From NCBI GenBank assembly GCA_051002235.1, contig JBPCMN010000069.1, forward strand, positions 670 through 64,669: 64,000 nucleotides of DNA. Direction: 5' to 3'. The notes under the pieces are model-generated. The model was not told the origin of the DNA, made no database searches, and saw only the letters and a program-made list of their open reading frames with translations. Position numbers and translations under genes: made by a program. This stretch comes from Acidimicrobiia bacterium. GTDB taxonomy: Bacteria > Actinomycetota > Acidimicrobiia > IMCC26256 > JACDBD01. This document shows positions 38,024-45,822 of the stretch, piece by piece. Position 1 is the stretch's first letter, and every line of letters starts with the position of its first letter.

Positions 38024-39408
38024 CGCCCGGGCCCGAGCGGGACGTAGAAGGTCGCCCGCCCCTCTACTTCCTCCACATTCCCAAGACGGCGGGGAACACC
38101 GTTTCCTGTTACCTCGCCGCTGGCTTCCGGGCCGACGAGGTCTGTCCCGCGACCGATTGGGCCGCCTTCCTTCGCCTGCCACCGCGGCAACTCGAGCATT
38201 ACCGACTGTTCCACGGCCACTTCGGTGCAATGCTCCCGGCGCTGCTGCCGAGCCGTCCGACCATCGTGAGCATGGTGCGCGATCCGGTCGATCGTGCCGT
38301 CTCTCACTGGCGATACATCCAACGCCACGCCGACCACCGCCTTCATCGAGACGTCATGCAGCAAGGTCCCAGACTCGCTGCGTACTTGCGCAGTCGCATC
38401 CCGAACGCACAGGTACGTCAGCTCGGCGTCGACCGGATCCCAGCCGAGCTCGTGCACCGTTTTCGCACGAGGCCCGAGTGCCATCCGCACGAAGCGAGCC
38501 TCGCGTTCGACCGGTGGACGTCGGGCCATGCAGACCTACTCGAGCGAGCCGTATCTCGCCTGGAAGAGTGCTTTGCCTTCGGGGTCGTGGAGCGACTCGA
38601 CCAGTCCCTCGCCCTCCTTGCGCATGCCCTCGGATGGGCACCTCCGTCGGGGGTCGCGTCGCTGAACGTGAGGCCTCCGAACGAGCCGACCTATGAGCCG
38701 ACTTCCGAGGAGATCGAAATCATTCACGAGCGGGACGCACTCGACGTGGCGCTCTACCACGAAGCCGTCCGGATGTTTGACGAGCGTTGGGAAGCTCTGC
38801 GCCCTGCCGACGCGAGACGGGCCTACGAAGGGCGCGTGGCTCGGCGCTCTCAGCCACTGGAGGCGCCGCTGACGGTCGACATGTCCGAGCGGATCGCGGG
38901 GACAGGCTGGCTTCCGCCAGAGGAAACGATCTCCGGATGGGCGCGCTGGATGGGGCCGGCTGGCCCGGCTTCCATCGACCTCCCCGTGGTGTTGCCGGCT
39001 GGTACTCGGGTCGAGGTCATGTGTACGGCCGCCATGAGCACGGAGCTCCTAGCGGAGTTGACACTGGAGCTCAACGGAACTCCGGTGCCACTGACGTGCG
39101 AGCCGTGCGGTCGAGGCGTGCGGTACGTCGGGATCGTTCCTGAGCAGTCTCAACACCGACCACCGTTCTCGCGCTTCGTCTTCCGCACCCCGAGGACGAT
39201 TACGTGGCGGCTCGAATCGGGGAGCAACGGGGACGCGCTCGACCTTGCCGTGGCGATCTCGTGGATGAGGCTCGTTCCACGCGAGTCGCTCGAGTGGCGG
39301 TCCCCGCCCCAGCGGGTCGCTTCCGGACGTGAGCACGGAACGCAAGTGCTTCCCGTGAGAGCCATGCGGGCCTCGAAGGTCGTGCGAGCTCGCCGCCAGC
39401 GGTCGTGA
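38020..39408 (+). CDS. PAPS-type sulfotransferase-family protein with a ~200-aa C-terminal domain of unknown function
   Basis: 5'-PSB-like motif LYFLHIPKTAGNTV and 3'-PB-like motif IVSMVRDPVDRAVSHWRY. ATGA overlap with the YcaO::TfuA stop suggests translational coupling. Confidence 0.75.
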   Translation: MTPGPERDVEGRPPLYFLHIPKTAGNTVSCYLAAGFRADEVCPATDWAAFLRLPPRQLEHYRLFHGHFGAMLPALLPSRPTIVSMVRDPVDRAVSHWRYIQRHADHRLHRDVMQQGPRLAAYLRSRIPNAQVRQLGVDRIPAELVHRFRTRPECHPHEASLAFDRWTSGHADLLERAVSRLEECFAFGVVERLDQSLALLAHALGWAPPSGVASLNVRPPNEPTYEPTSEEIEIIHERDALDVALYHEAVRMFDERWEALRPADARRAYEGRVARRSQPLEAPLTVDMSERIAGTGWLPPEETISGWARWMGPAGPASIDLPVVLPAGTRVEVMCTAAMSTELLAELTLELNGTPVPLTCEPCGRGVRYVGIVPEQSQHRPPFSRFVFRTPRTITWRLESGSNGDALDLAVAISWMRLVPRESLEWRSPPQRVASGREHGTQVLPVRAMRASKVVRARRQRS

Positions 39409-39809
39409 CAGCGGTCTGCCCGCCCCGTGTCCATCCCGGAGCTGTGTTGGACACCTGTCGACTACCAAGTTGAGGTTTCGCTTCGGGTCTCGCGGAACAG
39501 CAAGCTTCCCGACGTCGCTCCCGACGCGCGACCCAGCGACTGACTGACGCGGCGGGACGTGCCGTCCCGACGCCGCCCGGGCAACGGCGTCGCTGACCGA
39601 CTCGGGACGGAGCCATCCGACTGATGAGCCGACGAGCTGCGCCACGCCTCGCTAGGCGGTAACGGTCGTCGAGGGCCGAGGCGCCGCGTCTAACGCGCGT
39701 CTAACGAACGGGTCGCAAGGGCGTGGTACGGGCCGGCATCACGACGGCTGCGCACCGCACGTGACCTGCTAAAACGCGACGCGCTGACACGCGCTGAACG
39801 TGCCCGAGA

Positions 39810-39864
39810 TGCTTGAGGGGCTAGTGCCCGCAAGGGCGTGGGGGTTCAAGTCCCCCCTCCGACA
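39810..39864 (+). repeat. 55-bp exact copy of the 3' half of tRNA-Leu (anticodon loop to discriminator+C), att-like
   Basis: GCTTGAGGGGCTAGTGCCCGCAAGGGCGTGGGGGTTCAAGTCCCCCCTCCGACAC is identical to 22330-22384. No matching 5' half is present. Confidence 0.9.
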
Positions 39865-39968
39865 CGGAGGTCGAGCGTGGGGGCGGGGGCGACCGAGTCA
39901 TCGTTATCCCAACAGCCTGCAGCTGATCAGCTGACCTTCGCACGCACCTTCGCACGAAGCGTGACCAG

Positions 39969-40007
39969 CCCCACCCGTCACCGGTTCTCCGCCGATGACG
40001 GGTGGGG
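39969..40007 (-). terminator. 12-bp perfect stem hairpin downstream of the small secreted-protein gene (copy B)
   Basis: CCCCACCCGTCA - 15 nt - TGACGGGTGGGG, the same hairpin as at 23583-23621. Confidence 0.4.
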
Positions 40008-40037
40008 CGGGCCAACCCGAAGGAAGTAGGACTCCCG

Positions 40038-40532
40038 TTAGAGCGGGCTGTCGAACTTGTGACAGCCGTAGTACTCGAACGGGACACCGATGTCGGGGAG
40101 GTACGTGTACTCTCGCGTGGGCGGGTCGGTCGGACATGGCTGACCCTGGAAGAGGTCGGCTCTGATGTTGACCTCCTTCCCGAGGAACGGCGCGTCGCTG
40201 GATTCCGGGTCCATCGTGTCGAACACGAGGACGGTGAACTTCTCCGCCGTGCCGGACGTGATGGTCGCGAGCGCGCCGGGTTCTGCGCAGTGCACCGCGT
40301 GCACCACGTAGAGGCAGTCCCAGCCCTCGGCGTGGAGGGCGGCGGGACTCGACTGGGTGCGGACGTCTGCTTCCTGACGGTTCCCTCCGGCTTCAGTGGC
40401 CGGTTTCGCCGGATTGGTCGCATTGGCCCTCCACGGATTCAGGCTCGTGAAGAGCGCCGCGACCCCGAGAGCGATGACGACGACCACTGCCAGCGCTGCG
40501 AGTCGGTATCGACGCAAATTGGTGAGAAGCAT
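40038..40532 (-). CDS. small secreted/membrane-anchored protein with four conserved Cys (paralog B)
   Basis: ATG 40532 (MLLTNLRRYRLAALAVVVVIALGVAALF) after an AAGGAAGG RBS. The C-terminal domain is shared with 23648-24175. The long ORF-track extension to 41654 is antisense to the cyclase gene and was rejected. Confidence 0.7.
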   Translation of the reverse strand: MLLTNLRRYRLAALAVVVVIALGVAALFTSLNPWRANATNPAKPATEAGGNRQEADVRTQSSPAALHAEGWDCLYVVHAVHCAEPGALATITSGTAEKFTVLVFDTMDPESSDAPFLGKEVNIRADLFQGQPCPTDPPTREYTYLPDIGVPFEYYGCHKFDSPL

Positions 40533-40754
40533 GGGATTGCCCTTCCTTTGGTGGAAGTTTCGGGGTGAGGACCTCGAGACTTCGGTCTTCGTGTGCCGAG
40601 ATGGTGCGGGGAGGGCCTCTCGTGTCGGTCTCGGCCGACTCTCAGCTCGCTTTCGTCGGATCGGGACGTCCGCGCGCGCGTCGTAGGCTGGGTGTCGACG
40701 CGGCTCGGAGCCGCATTCACGGCTACCGGCGGGACGCGCGAAACGGGGGGCCGC

Positions 40755-42962
40755 GTGCAGTTTTCGGTGCTCGGCCCGCTCGAGGTCTTCGACGGGGGAT
40801 CTCCGGTCCCCCTGGGCAGTGCCAAGCAGCGTGTGTTGCTTGCGGCGTTGTTGGTGCAGGCCAACACGGTGGTGTCCGTCGATCGGCTCGCCGACATCCT
40901 CTGGGGTGACGAGCCGCCGCGGCACGCGGCCGCGACCCTGCAGAACTACGTGTCCCGCCTCCGCGCCGCGCTGGAGCCGGGTCGGGCCGGTGGACGCGCG
41001 GGCACGGTGTTGCTCACTCGGTCGCCGGGTTACCTGCTCCGCGTCCAGGAGGACGAGGTGGACGCCAGCCGCTTCGAGCAGCTCGTCGCCGAGGGACGCG
41101 TAGCTCTCCGCCAAGGGGAACGGGCCGGCGCAGCGAAGCGGTTGGACGACGCACTGGGGTTGTGGCGAGGTCCAGCGCTTGCGGAGTTTGCCGATGAGCC
41201 ATTCGCCCAGGCCGAAGCGGCTCGCCTCCATGAGCTGCGAGTGAGCGCGTTGGAGGACCGGATCGAGGCTGAGTTGGAGTTGGGTCGCCATACCGAAATG
41301 ATCGGTGACTTGGAAGCGGCGGCCCGCGACAACCCGTTGCGCGAACGACTGTGGGCCCGGTGGATGCTGGCGTTGTACCGCTGCGGCCGTCAGGCCGAGG
41401 CGCTGGGCGCCTACCAGGAGTTGCGCGCCCGTCTGGGCGAGGAGTTGGGGATCACGCCGAGCCCGGAGCTGGTGGCCCTGGAAGAGGCAATCGTGCTGCA
41501 AAAGCCCGAACTCGACTGGGCTCCACCCACACCGCAGCTGATGGGGGAGGAGGCTGCCCCCCGAGAGAGCGCGACGCACCGAGACCCACTCGGCCCCGCC
41601 CCGATGGTGGTGATGCCCAGGACTCGCTACGCCCAGGCCAGCGACGGTGTCCACATCGCCTACCAGGTCGTCGGCGACGGGCCGTTCGACCTGGTGGTGG
41701 TGGGCGGTCTCGTCTCACATTTGGAGTTCGCCTGGGAGGGGCCGGAGTACGCCCACTACCTCCGGCGACTCGCCGGCTTCGCTCGGCTGATCTGCTTCGA
41801 CAAACGAGGAACCGGCATGTCCGACCCGGTCTCCGTGCACGCGCTCCCGACCCTGGAGCAACGCATGGATGACTTCCGCGCGGTGCTGGACGCCGTCGGT
41901 TCCGAGCAAGCCGCCCTCTTCGGGGAGTCGGAAGGAGGCCAGATGGCGGGGCTGTTCGCGGCCAGCTACCCCGAGCGCACCCGGGCGCTCGTCACCTACG
42001 GGAGCTATGCGCGGCTCCGGAGCGCCCCCGACTACCCGCAGGGCCAGTCCGCCGACGACTTCGAGGCCTTCGTGACCGAAATGGAGGCCACCTGGGGTCA
42101 GGTAGCCGAGGGATCGGTGTGGGCAGTCAACGCGACGCGCGACCCGCGATTCAGGGACTGGCTTGGCCGCTGGGTGCGGAACGCGGCGAGCCCGGGGGCC
42201 GCCGGCACCCTGCTGCGCATGGACTACGACGTCGACGTTCGCCAGGTGCTGCCAACTATCCGGGTCCCGACCCTCGTGCTGCACCGCGTCGACGATCCGC
42301 TCGTTCCGGTAGCCCACGGCCGGTACTTCGCCGCGCACATCCCCGGGGCCAAGTTCGTCGAGCTTCCCGGCGATGACCGTCTCGTCTTCGCCGGGGATGT
42401 GGACCGCCTCGTCGACGAGATCGAGGAGTTCTTGACGGGTTCGCTCGTAATGCCCGAGCGCGACCGGGTGCTAGCGACGGTGTTGTTCACCGACGTCGTC
42501 GATTCCACCCGACGTGCGTCCGAGCTCGGTGACCAGCGTTGGCGTGAAGTGCTCGACCACTACGACGAGTGCCTGCGCCTCGAGTTCGGGCGGTTCCGCG
42601 GCCGGGAGGTGACCAAAGCCGGCGACGGATTCCTCGCCGCGTTCGATGGTCCTGCCCGAGCTGTGCAATGCGCCCTAGCGGCGACCGACGCTGGCCGACG
42701 CCTCGGTCTCGAGGTACGCGCCGGAGTCCATACCGGCGAATGCGAACAGCGCGGCGACGACCTCGGCGGTACCGCCGTTCACATCGGGGCCCAGATCGCG
42801 GCACTCGCGCAACCCGGTCAAGTGCTCGTCTCGCGCACCGTGACCGACCTCGTCGCGGGCTCTGGCCTCGAGTTCACCGGCTGGGGTGACCACGAGCTCG
42901 AGGGCGTACCGGGGATGTGGCAGCTCTTCGCCGTCAAGCCGCCTGATCCGGTGGGGTCGTAG
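40755..42962 (+). CDS. SARP (OmpR-type wHTH + BTAD) :: alpha/beta-hydrolase :: class III adenylate/guanylate cyclase tri-domain protein
   Basis: The N-terminal SARP region reads VQFSVLGPLEVFDGGSPVPLGSAKQRVLLAALL...LWRGPALAEFADEPFAQAEAARLHELR...YRCGRQAEALGAYQELRARL. The hydrolase region has FDLVVVGGLVSHLE, FDKRGTGMSDP, GESEGGQMA and LVLHRVDDPLVP. The cyclase region reads RVLATVLFTDVVDSTRRASELGD...KAGDGFLAAFDGPARAVQCA...VRAGVHTGECE...GTAVHIGAQIAALA. GTG start at 40755. Confidence 0.85.
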   Translation: MQFSVLGPLEVFDGGSPVPLGSAKQRVLLAALLVQANTVVSVDRLADILWGDEPPRHAAATLQNYVSRLRAALEPGRAGGRAGTVLLTRSPGYLLRVQEDEVDASRFEQLVAEGRVALRQGERAGAAKRLDDALGLWRGPALAEFADEPFAQAEAARLHELRVSALEDRIEAELELGRHTEMIGDLEAAARDNPLRERLWARWMLALYRCGRQAEALGAYQELRARLGEELGITPSPELVALEEAIVLQKPELDWAPPTPQLMGEEAAPRESATHRDPLGPAPMVVMPRTRYAQASDGVHIAYQVVGDGPFDLVVVGGLVSHLEFAWEGPEYAHYLRRLAGFARLICFDKRGTGMSDPVSVHALPTLEQRMDDFRAVLDAVGSEQAALFGESEGGQMAGLFAASYPERTRALVTYGSYARLRSAPDYPQGQSADDFEAFVTEMEATWGQVAEGSVWAVNATRDPRFRDWLGRWVRNAASPGAAGTLLRMDYDVDVRQVLPTIRVPTLVLHRVDDPLVPVAHGRYFAAHIPGAKFVELPGDDRLVFAGDVDRLVDEIEEFLTGSLVMPERDRVLATVLFTDVVDSTRRASELGDQRWREVLDHYDECLRLEFGRFRGREVTKAGDGFLAAFDGPARAVQCALAATDAGRRLGLEVRAGVHTGECEQRGDDLGGTAVHIGAQIAALAQPGQVLVSRTVTDLVAGSGLEFTGWGDHELEGVPGMWQLFAVKPPDPVGS

Positions 42963-43081
42963 GTTCCGCTCGCCCGGCCCGTGGCCGCATCGTCCTAACG
43001 TTCGGCGTCGACGGTGCGAGCCCTTCTGTGCAGGCCCCGATCGGCGCCGTCCGGGACAACCGCGCCCGTGGGGTCGAGCCG

Positions 43082-43100
43082 CAAGTCCCCCCTCCGACAC
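43082..43100 (+). repeat. 19-bp copy of the tRNA-Leu 3' end (att-like core)
   Basis: CAAGTCCCCCCTCCGACAC is identical to 22366-22384, in the same context as 26937-26955 (about 120 nt after the cyclase stop). Confidence 0.85.
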
Positions 43101-43225
43101 GTGGGGTTTCAAGTCGGGTTGTGGACAACCCACTTCTCCGCACGCGCTCGTCGCTCGAAGGGTCGCGGGAGTCGCGCCGCGTGGCGTTGTTGGCCCGAGC
43201 GAACCAGATTCCGTCGAGGCGCCGT

Positions 43226-43734
43226 CTATCGCGCGCTCCCGTCCGCCTCAGTCATTGAAGGGGGAGGCACGGAGCGGAGGTAGCTGGTCAGAGCGTCTGC
43301 CTGGTTCGCCAGATTCCGTGCGAACAAGCGGGCTGTCAGGGCGACGAGTGGACGGGTGATGATGCTGACTTCGCGAAACGTGATCGACCACGTGTAGTTC
43401 GTTCCACCATCCGCGCGTGGCTCGAAGCGGTGCTGAGCAATCATCTGAGCCGGCCACGTCACAATGCTCCGAAACTCCGCGAGCAGGGGTGGCTCCCATC
43501 GCACGGTCTCGCTGGTGCCCCGAATAGGCAGCACGCCGAGACGTCCACGGATCGAGAAGCGCGTGCCCACCCCGATCGGTTCTGCATCGGGCGCCACTCC
43601 CGCACGCCCGGATCGATCAGTGGCGCCGTGTCGGGCGACATCACCGCCGCGAAGACCACGTCTGGGGGGCTCGGGATCACCGTGGTCCTGTCGACGACCG
43701 TCGTCCGTTCCACCATCGGCGGAGATCCTTCCAC
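43226..43734 (-). pseudogene. SRPBCC (polyketide cyclase/dehydrase-like) protein, frameshifted
   Basis: The N-terminal part MVERTTVVDRTTVIPSPPDVVFAAVMSPDTAPLIDPGVREWRP is in one frame. The rest, DAEPIGVGTRFSIRGRLGVLPIRGTSETVRWEPP...YTWSITFRE..., is in another. The junction at about 43588-43593 is consistent with a 1-nt deletion. Confidence 0.7.
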
Positions 43735-43828
43735 GTCGAGTCGTGGTCGCGGCTCGCCGTAGCTGAGCGTTGGTCATGCTGCGAGATGGATCACCCGCGT
43801 CAGCTGAACCGCGTGGCGCTGAACGTCA

Positions 43829-43849
43829 AAGTCCCCCCTCCGACACCGA
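43829..43849 (+). repeat. 21-bp copy of the tRNA-Leu 3' end plus 3 nt of its downstream flank
   Basis: AAGTCCCCCCTCCGACACCGA is identical to 22367-22387. Confidence 0.8.
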
Positions 43850-43896
43850 GCGGGTCAGCCGTGCGGCCCGCCGCTCGAGGATCGCCACGAGCCCGC

Positions 43897-45204
43897 CTAG
43901 CTCGGTGACGGCGGCCTCGACTCGGGGCGGGGGCGCCGCGCGCGGGTGGCACCGACTTCCTCAGCGACGTTGCGGTAGAGCACCAGCAATAAGACGTCGT
44001 ACGTGACCTTCACCACGCCGGCGATCACGAGTGGCCAGCCGAAGGTCGTCCGCGCGAGCAGTGCCCCCGCGAGGAGAGGCGTTGCCGCCGCGGCGAGGCT
44101 GCGCGGGACGTTGGTGACACTCGCGGCGGCGGCCCGTTCCTCGGGTGGGACGACTGCCATCACGAACGACTGGCGCGCGGGCACGTCCATCTGCGAGAGG
44201 AACGCGCGTCCGAGGAGCAGCGCGATCGCGACGCCACCGTTCGGCGCGAACGCAGCGAGGAGTAGCAGCACGTTGGCAGGGATGTGGGTGAACGCCATCG
44301 TCCGCACGAGCCCCAGCCGGCGCGCGAGCCGGGGCGCGAGCAGTTGGGAGAACCCGGACAGGACGCCGGCAGCGAAGAACACCACTGCGGTGGTTCCCGC
44401 CGACAGATCGAAGCGCAGATGCAGCCACAACACGAGCAGGGAGGTCACGACGAACCCGCCGCCCGCGGCGTCGAGGCTGAACAGGCCAGTGAGCTCGAGC
44501 ACCGTCCGTCGCGACGTGTCGAGCACGCGACGCCTCTCGCGGCGCGAGACCGCCGGCAGCACCTCGTGATGGCGCGTCAGGCGGCGGTACACAAGGAAGA
44601 TCGCGACGCCTGCGAGCGCGTACAGCAGGAAGCTCGCCTGCTGAGTCTCGGTCACGTCCCAGTCCTGCGCGTGCGCTAGGCCCTCGGGGATGCTGGACGC
44701 GAGCGCGCCCACTGCGCCGGCGAAGATCGCGCCGAGGTTATAGATCGCGAACGTCCACGGCCGGCGCGGCGCGTCGACGCGGGATGACACCAGCGCCTGC
44801 TCGGTGGGGAGGAACACGCTCACGTCGCCCGACGACGGATTGAGGGTACCGACCACCGCGATGACGAGGAGCGGCCAGAACGCGGTGATGCTCGCGAACC
44901 CGAGGCCGGTCGCGACCATGATCCCGGTCGCCGCGAGCAGCAGTCCCCGCAGGGTGAACCGGTGGCTGGTGAGGCCGAACGTCAGGGTCAGCACCGCCGA
45001 GCCGAGCAGGGTGCCGGTGACGATCGCGCCGACCTCGACCGGGGAGAAGCCGAGCCCGGTGAGGTACTGCGCGAGAAGCACGCTCACGAACCCGTCGGCG
45101 AAGCCCCGGATCGCGCGACCGGTGACCACGCGCCGGACGTCGGGCGGCATGCCGTGCAACCTACGGCGGTCGACAGTTCGGAGCGGGCGGATTCTCGGCT
45201 GCAT
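43897..45204 (-). CDS. MFS transporter
   Basis: 435 aa with about 12 TM segments and the MFS loop motif region GRAIRGFADGFVSVLL. Confidence 0.8.
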   Translation of the reverse strand: MQPRIRPLRTVDRRRLHGMPPDVRRVVTGRAIRGFADGFVSVLLAQYLTGLGFSPVEVGAIVTGTLLGSAVLTLTFGLTSHRFTLRGLLLAATGIMVATGLGFASITAFWPLLVIAVVGTLNPSSGDVSVFLPTEQALVSSRVDAPRRPWTFAIYNLGAIFAGAVGALASSIPEGLAHAQDWDVTETQQASFLLYALAGVAIFLVYRRLTRHHEVLPAVSRRERRRVLDTSRRTVLELTGLFSLDAAGGGFVVTSLLVLWLHLRFDLSAGTTAVVFFAAGVLSGFSQLLAPRLARRLGLVRTMAFTHIPANVLLLLAAFAPNGGVAIALLLGRAFLSQMDVPARQSFVMAVVPPEERAAAASVTNVPRSLAAAATPLLAGALLARTTFGWPLVIAGVVKVTYDVLLLVLYRNVAEEVGATRARRPRPESRPPSPS

Positions 45205-45363
45205 GCCCGCGTACGACCTCGGTCATTCGCCTTCGGTCACGGGCGTGTGCCGAGCGCCCGGCGATGGAACAGCCTGCGGAGGGGCAGCCCGAGGGTGTGA
45301 TCTCAGTGGTTGTCAGGCCAGAGACAGGGGTCGGATTGGCCGCATCCGTGGGGTCAAGCCGCG

Positions 45364-45383
45364 AGTCGCCCCTCCGACACCGA
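45364..45383 (+). repeat. degenerate copy (19/20) of the tRNA-Leu 3' end
   Basis: AGTCGCCCCTCCGACACCGA versus tRNA AGTCCCCCCTCCGACACCGA. It is preceded by CCGTGGGGTCAAGCCGCG, matching the blocks before 26937 and 43082. Confidence 0.7.
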
Positions 45384-45767
45384 CTGCTGCGAAGCCCGAA
45401 GAACGCTCGGCTCAACCGTCGGGAAGCGTCGGCTCCCGGTCATCGCACCCTCGGCGCACTCAACGTCGGGCTGTGACGAGCCAGGCGCCATTCTCGTTCA
45501 TCACGACACCCTCTGGGCGTGCATACGGCTCGAGCGCCTTTCGCGCCGCGTCAATTGCGGCGGCTGCCTTGTCGGCGGGCGCGGCTGCGAGGAGGTCCCG
45601 AACGAGTGGCAGTGAGCGTGTGAAGAAGGTCTCGACGTCGTCGAGATCGTCACCGATGCGCATTGGCCGGGTCAGCTCTTCCTGCGGGCGAGCTGACCGC
45701 GGTTCTAGCGTCGCCCGCTTGGATCAGCCCCATGTCAAGCGACGCCAAAACGGGAGTCAGTTCCCCT

Positions 45768-45822
45768 ACCAGGGATGCGGCAGCTCTTCGCCGCCAATCT
45801 GCCTGATCGGGTGGGGTCGTAG
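45768..45822 (+). pseudogene. remnant of a third cyclase-gene 3' end
   Basis: ...PLPGMRQLFAANLPDRVGS* with DNA gcagctcttcgccgccaatctgcctgatcgggtggggtcgtag matches the last ~55 nt of 26817- and 42962-terminated genes (ctcttcgccgtc.agccgcctgatc.ggtggggtcgtag). Confidence 0.6.

Noticed and set aside
40533-41654. 538-aa minus-strand ORF (40038-41654) as a single large protein.
   Set aside because: Only its last 165 aa (from ATG 40532, with RBS) are conserved with the paralog at 23648-24175. The remainder is antisense to the well-supported SARP-cyclase gene.
22300-45400. Repeated ~20-55 bp identical sequences considered as a CRISPR array.
   Set aside because: The copies are separated by 0.7-13 kb of protein-coding DNA, differ in length and derive from a tRNA 3' end. 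No short regular spacers and no cas genes are present.
45460-45663. 67-aa minus-strand ORF (MRIGDDLDDVETFFTRSLPLVRDLL...NENGAWLVTARR) as a gene.
   Set aside because: It might be the tail of a decayed gene in the island boundary region. I cannot assign a family or a convincing start or RBS, so there is too little evidence to annotate it.
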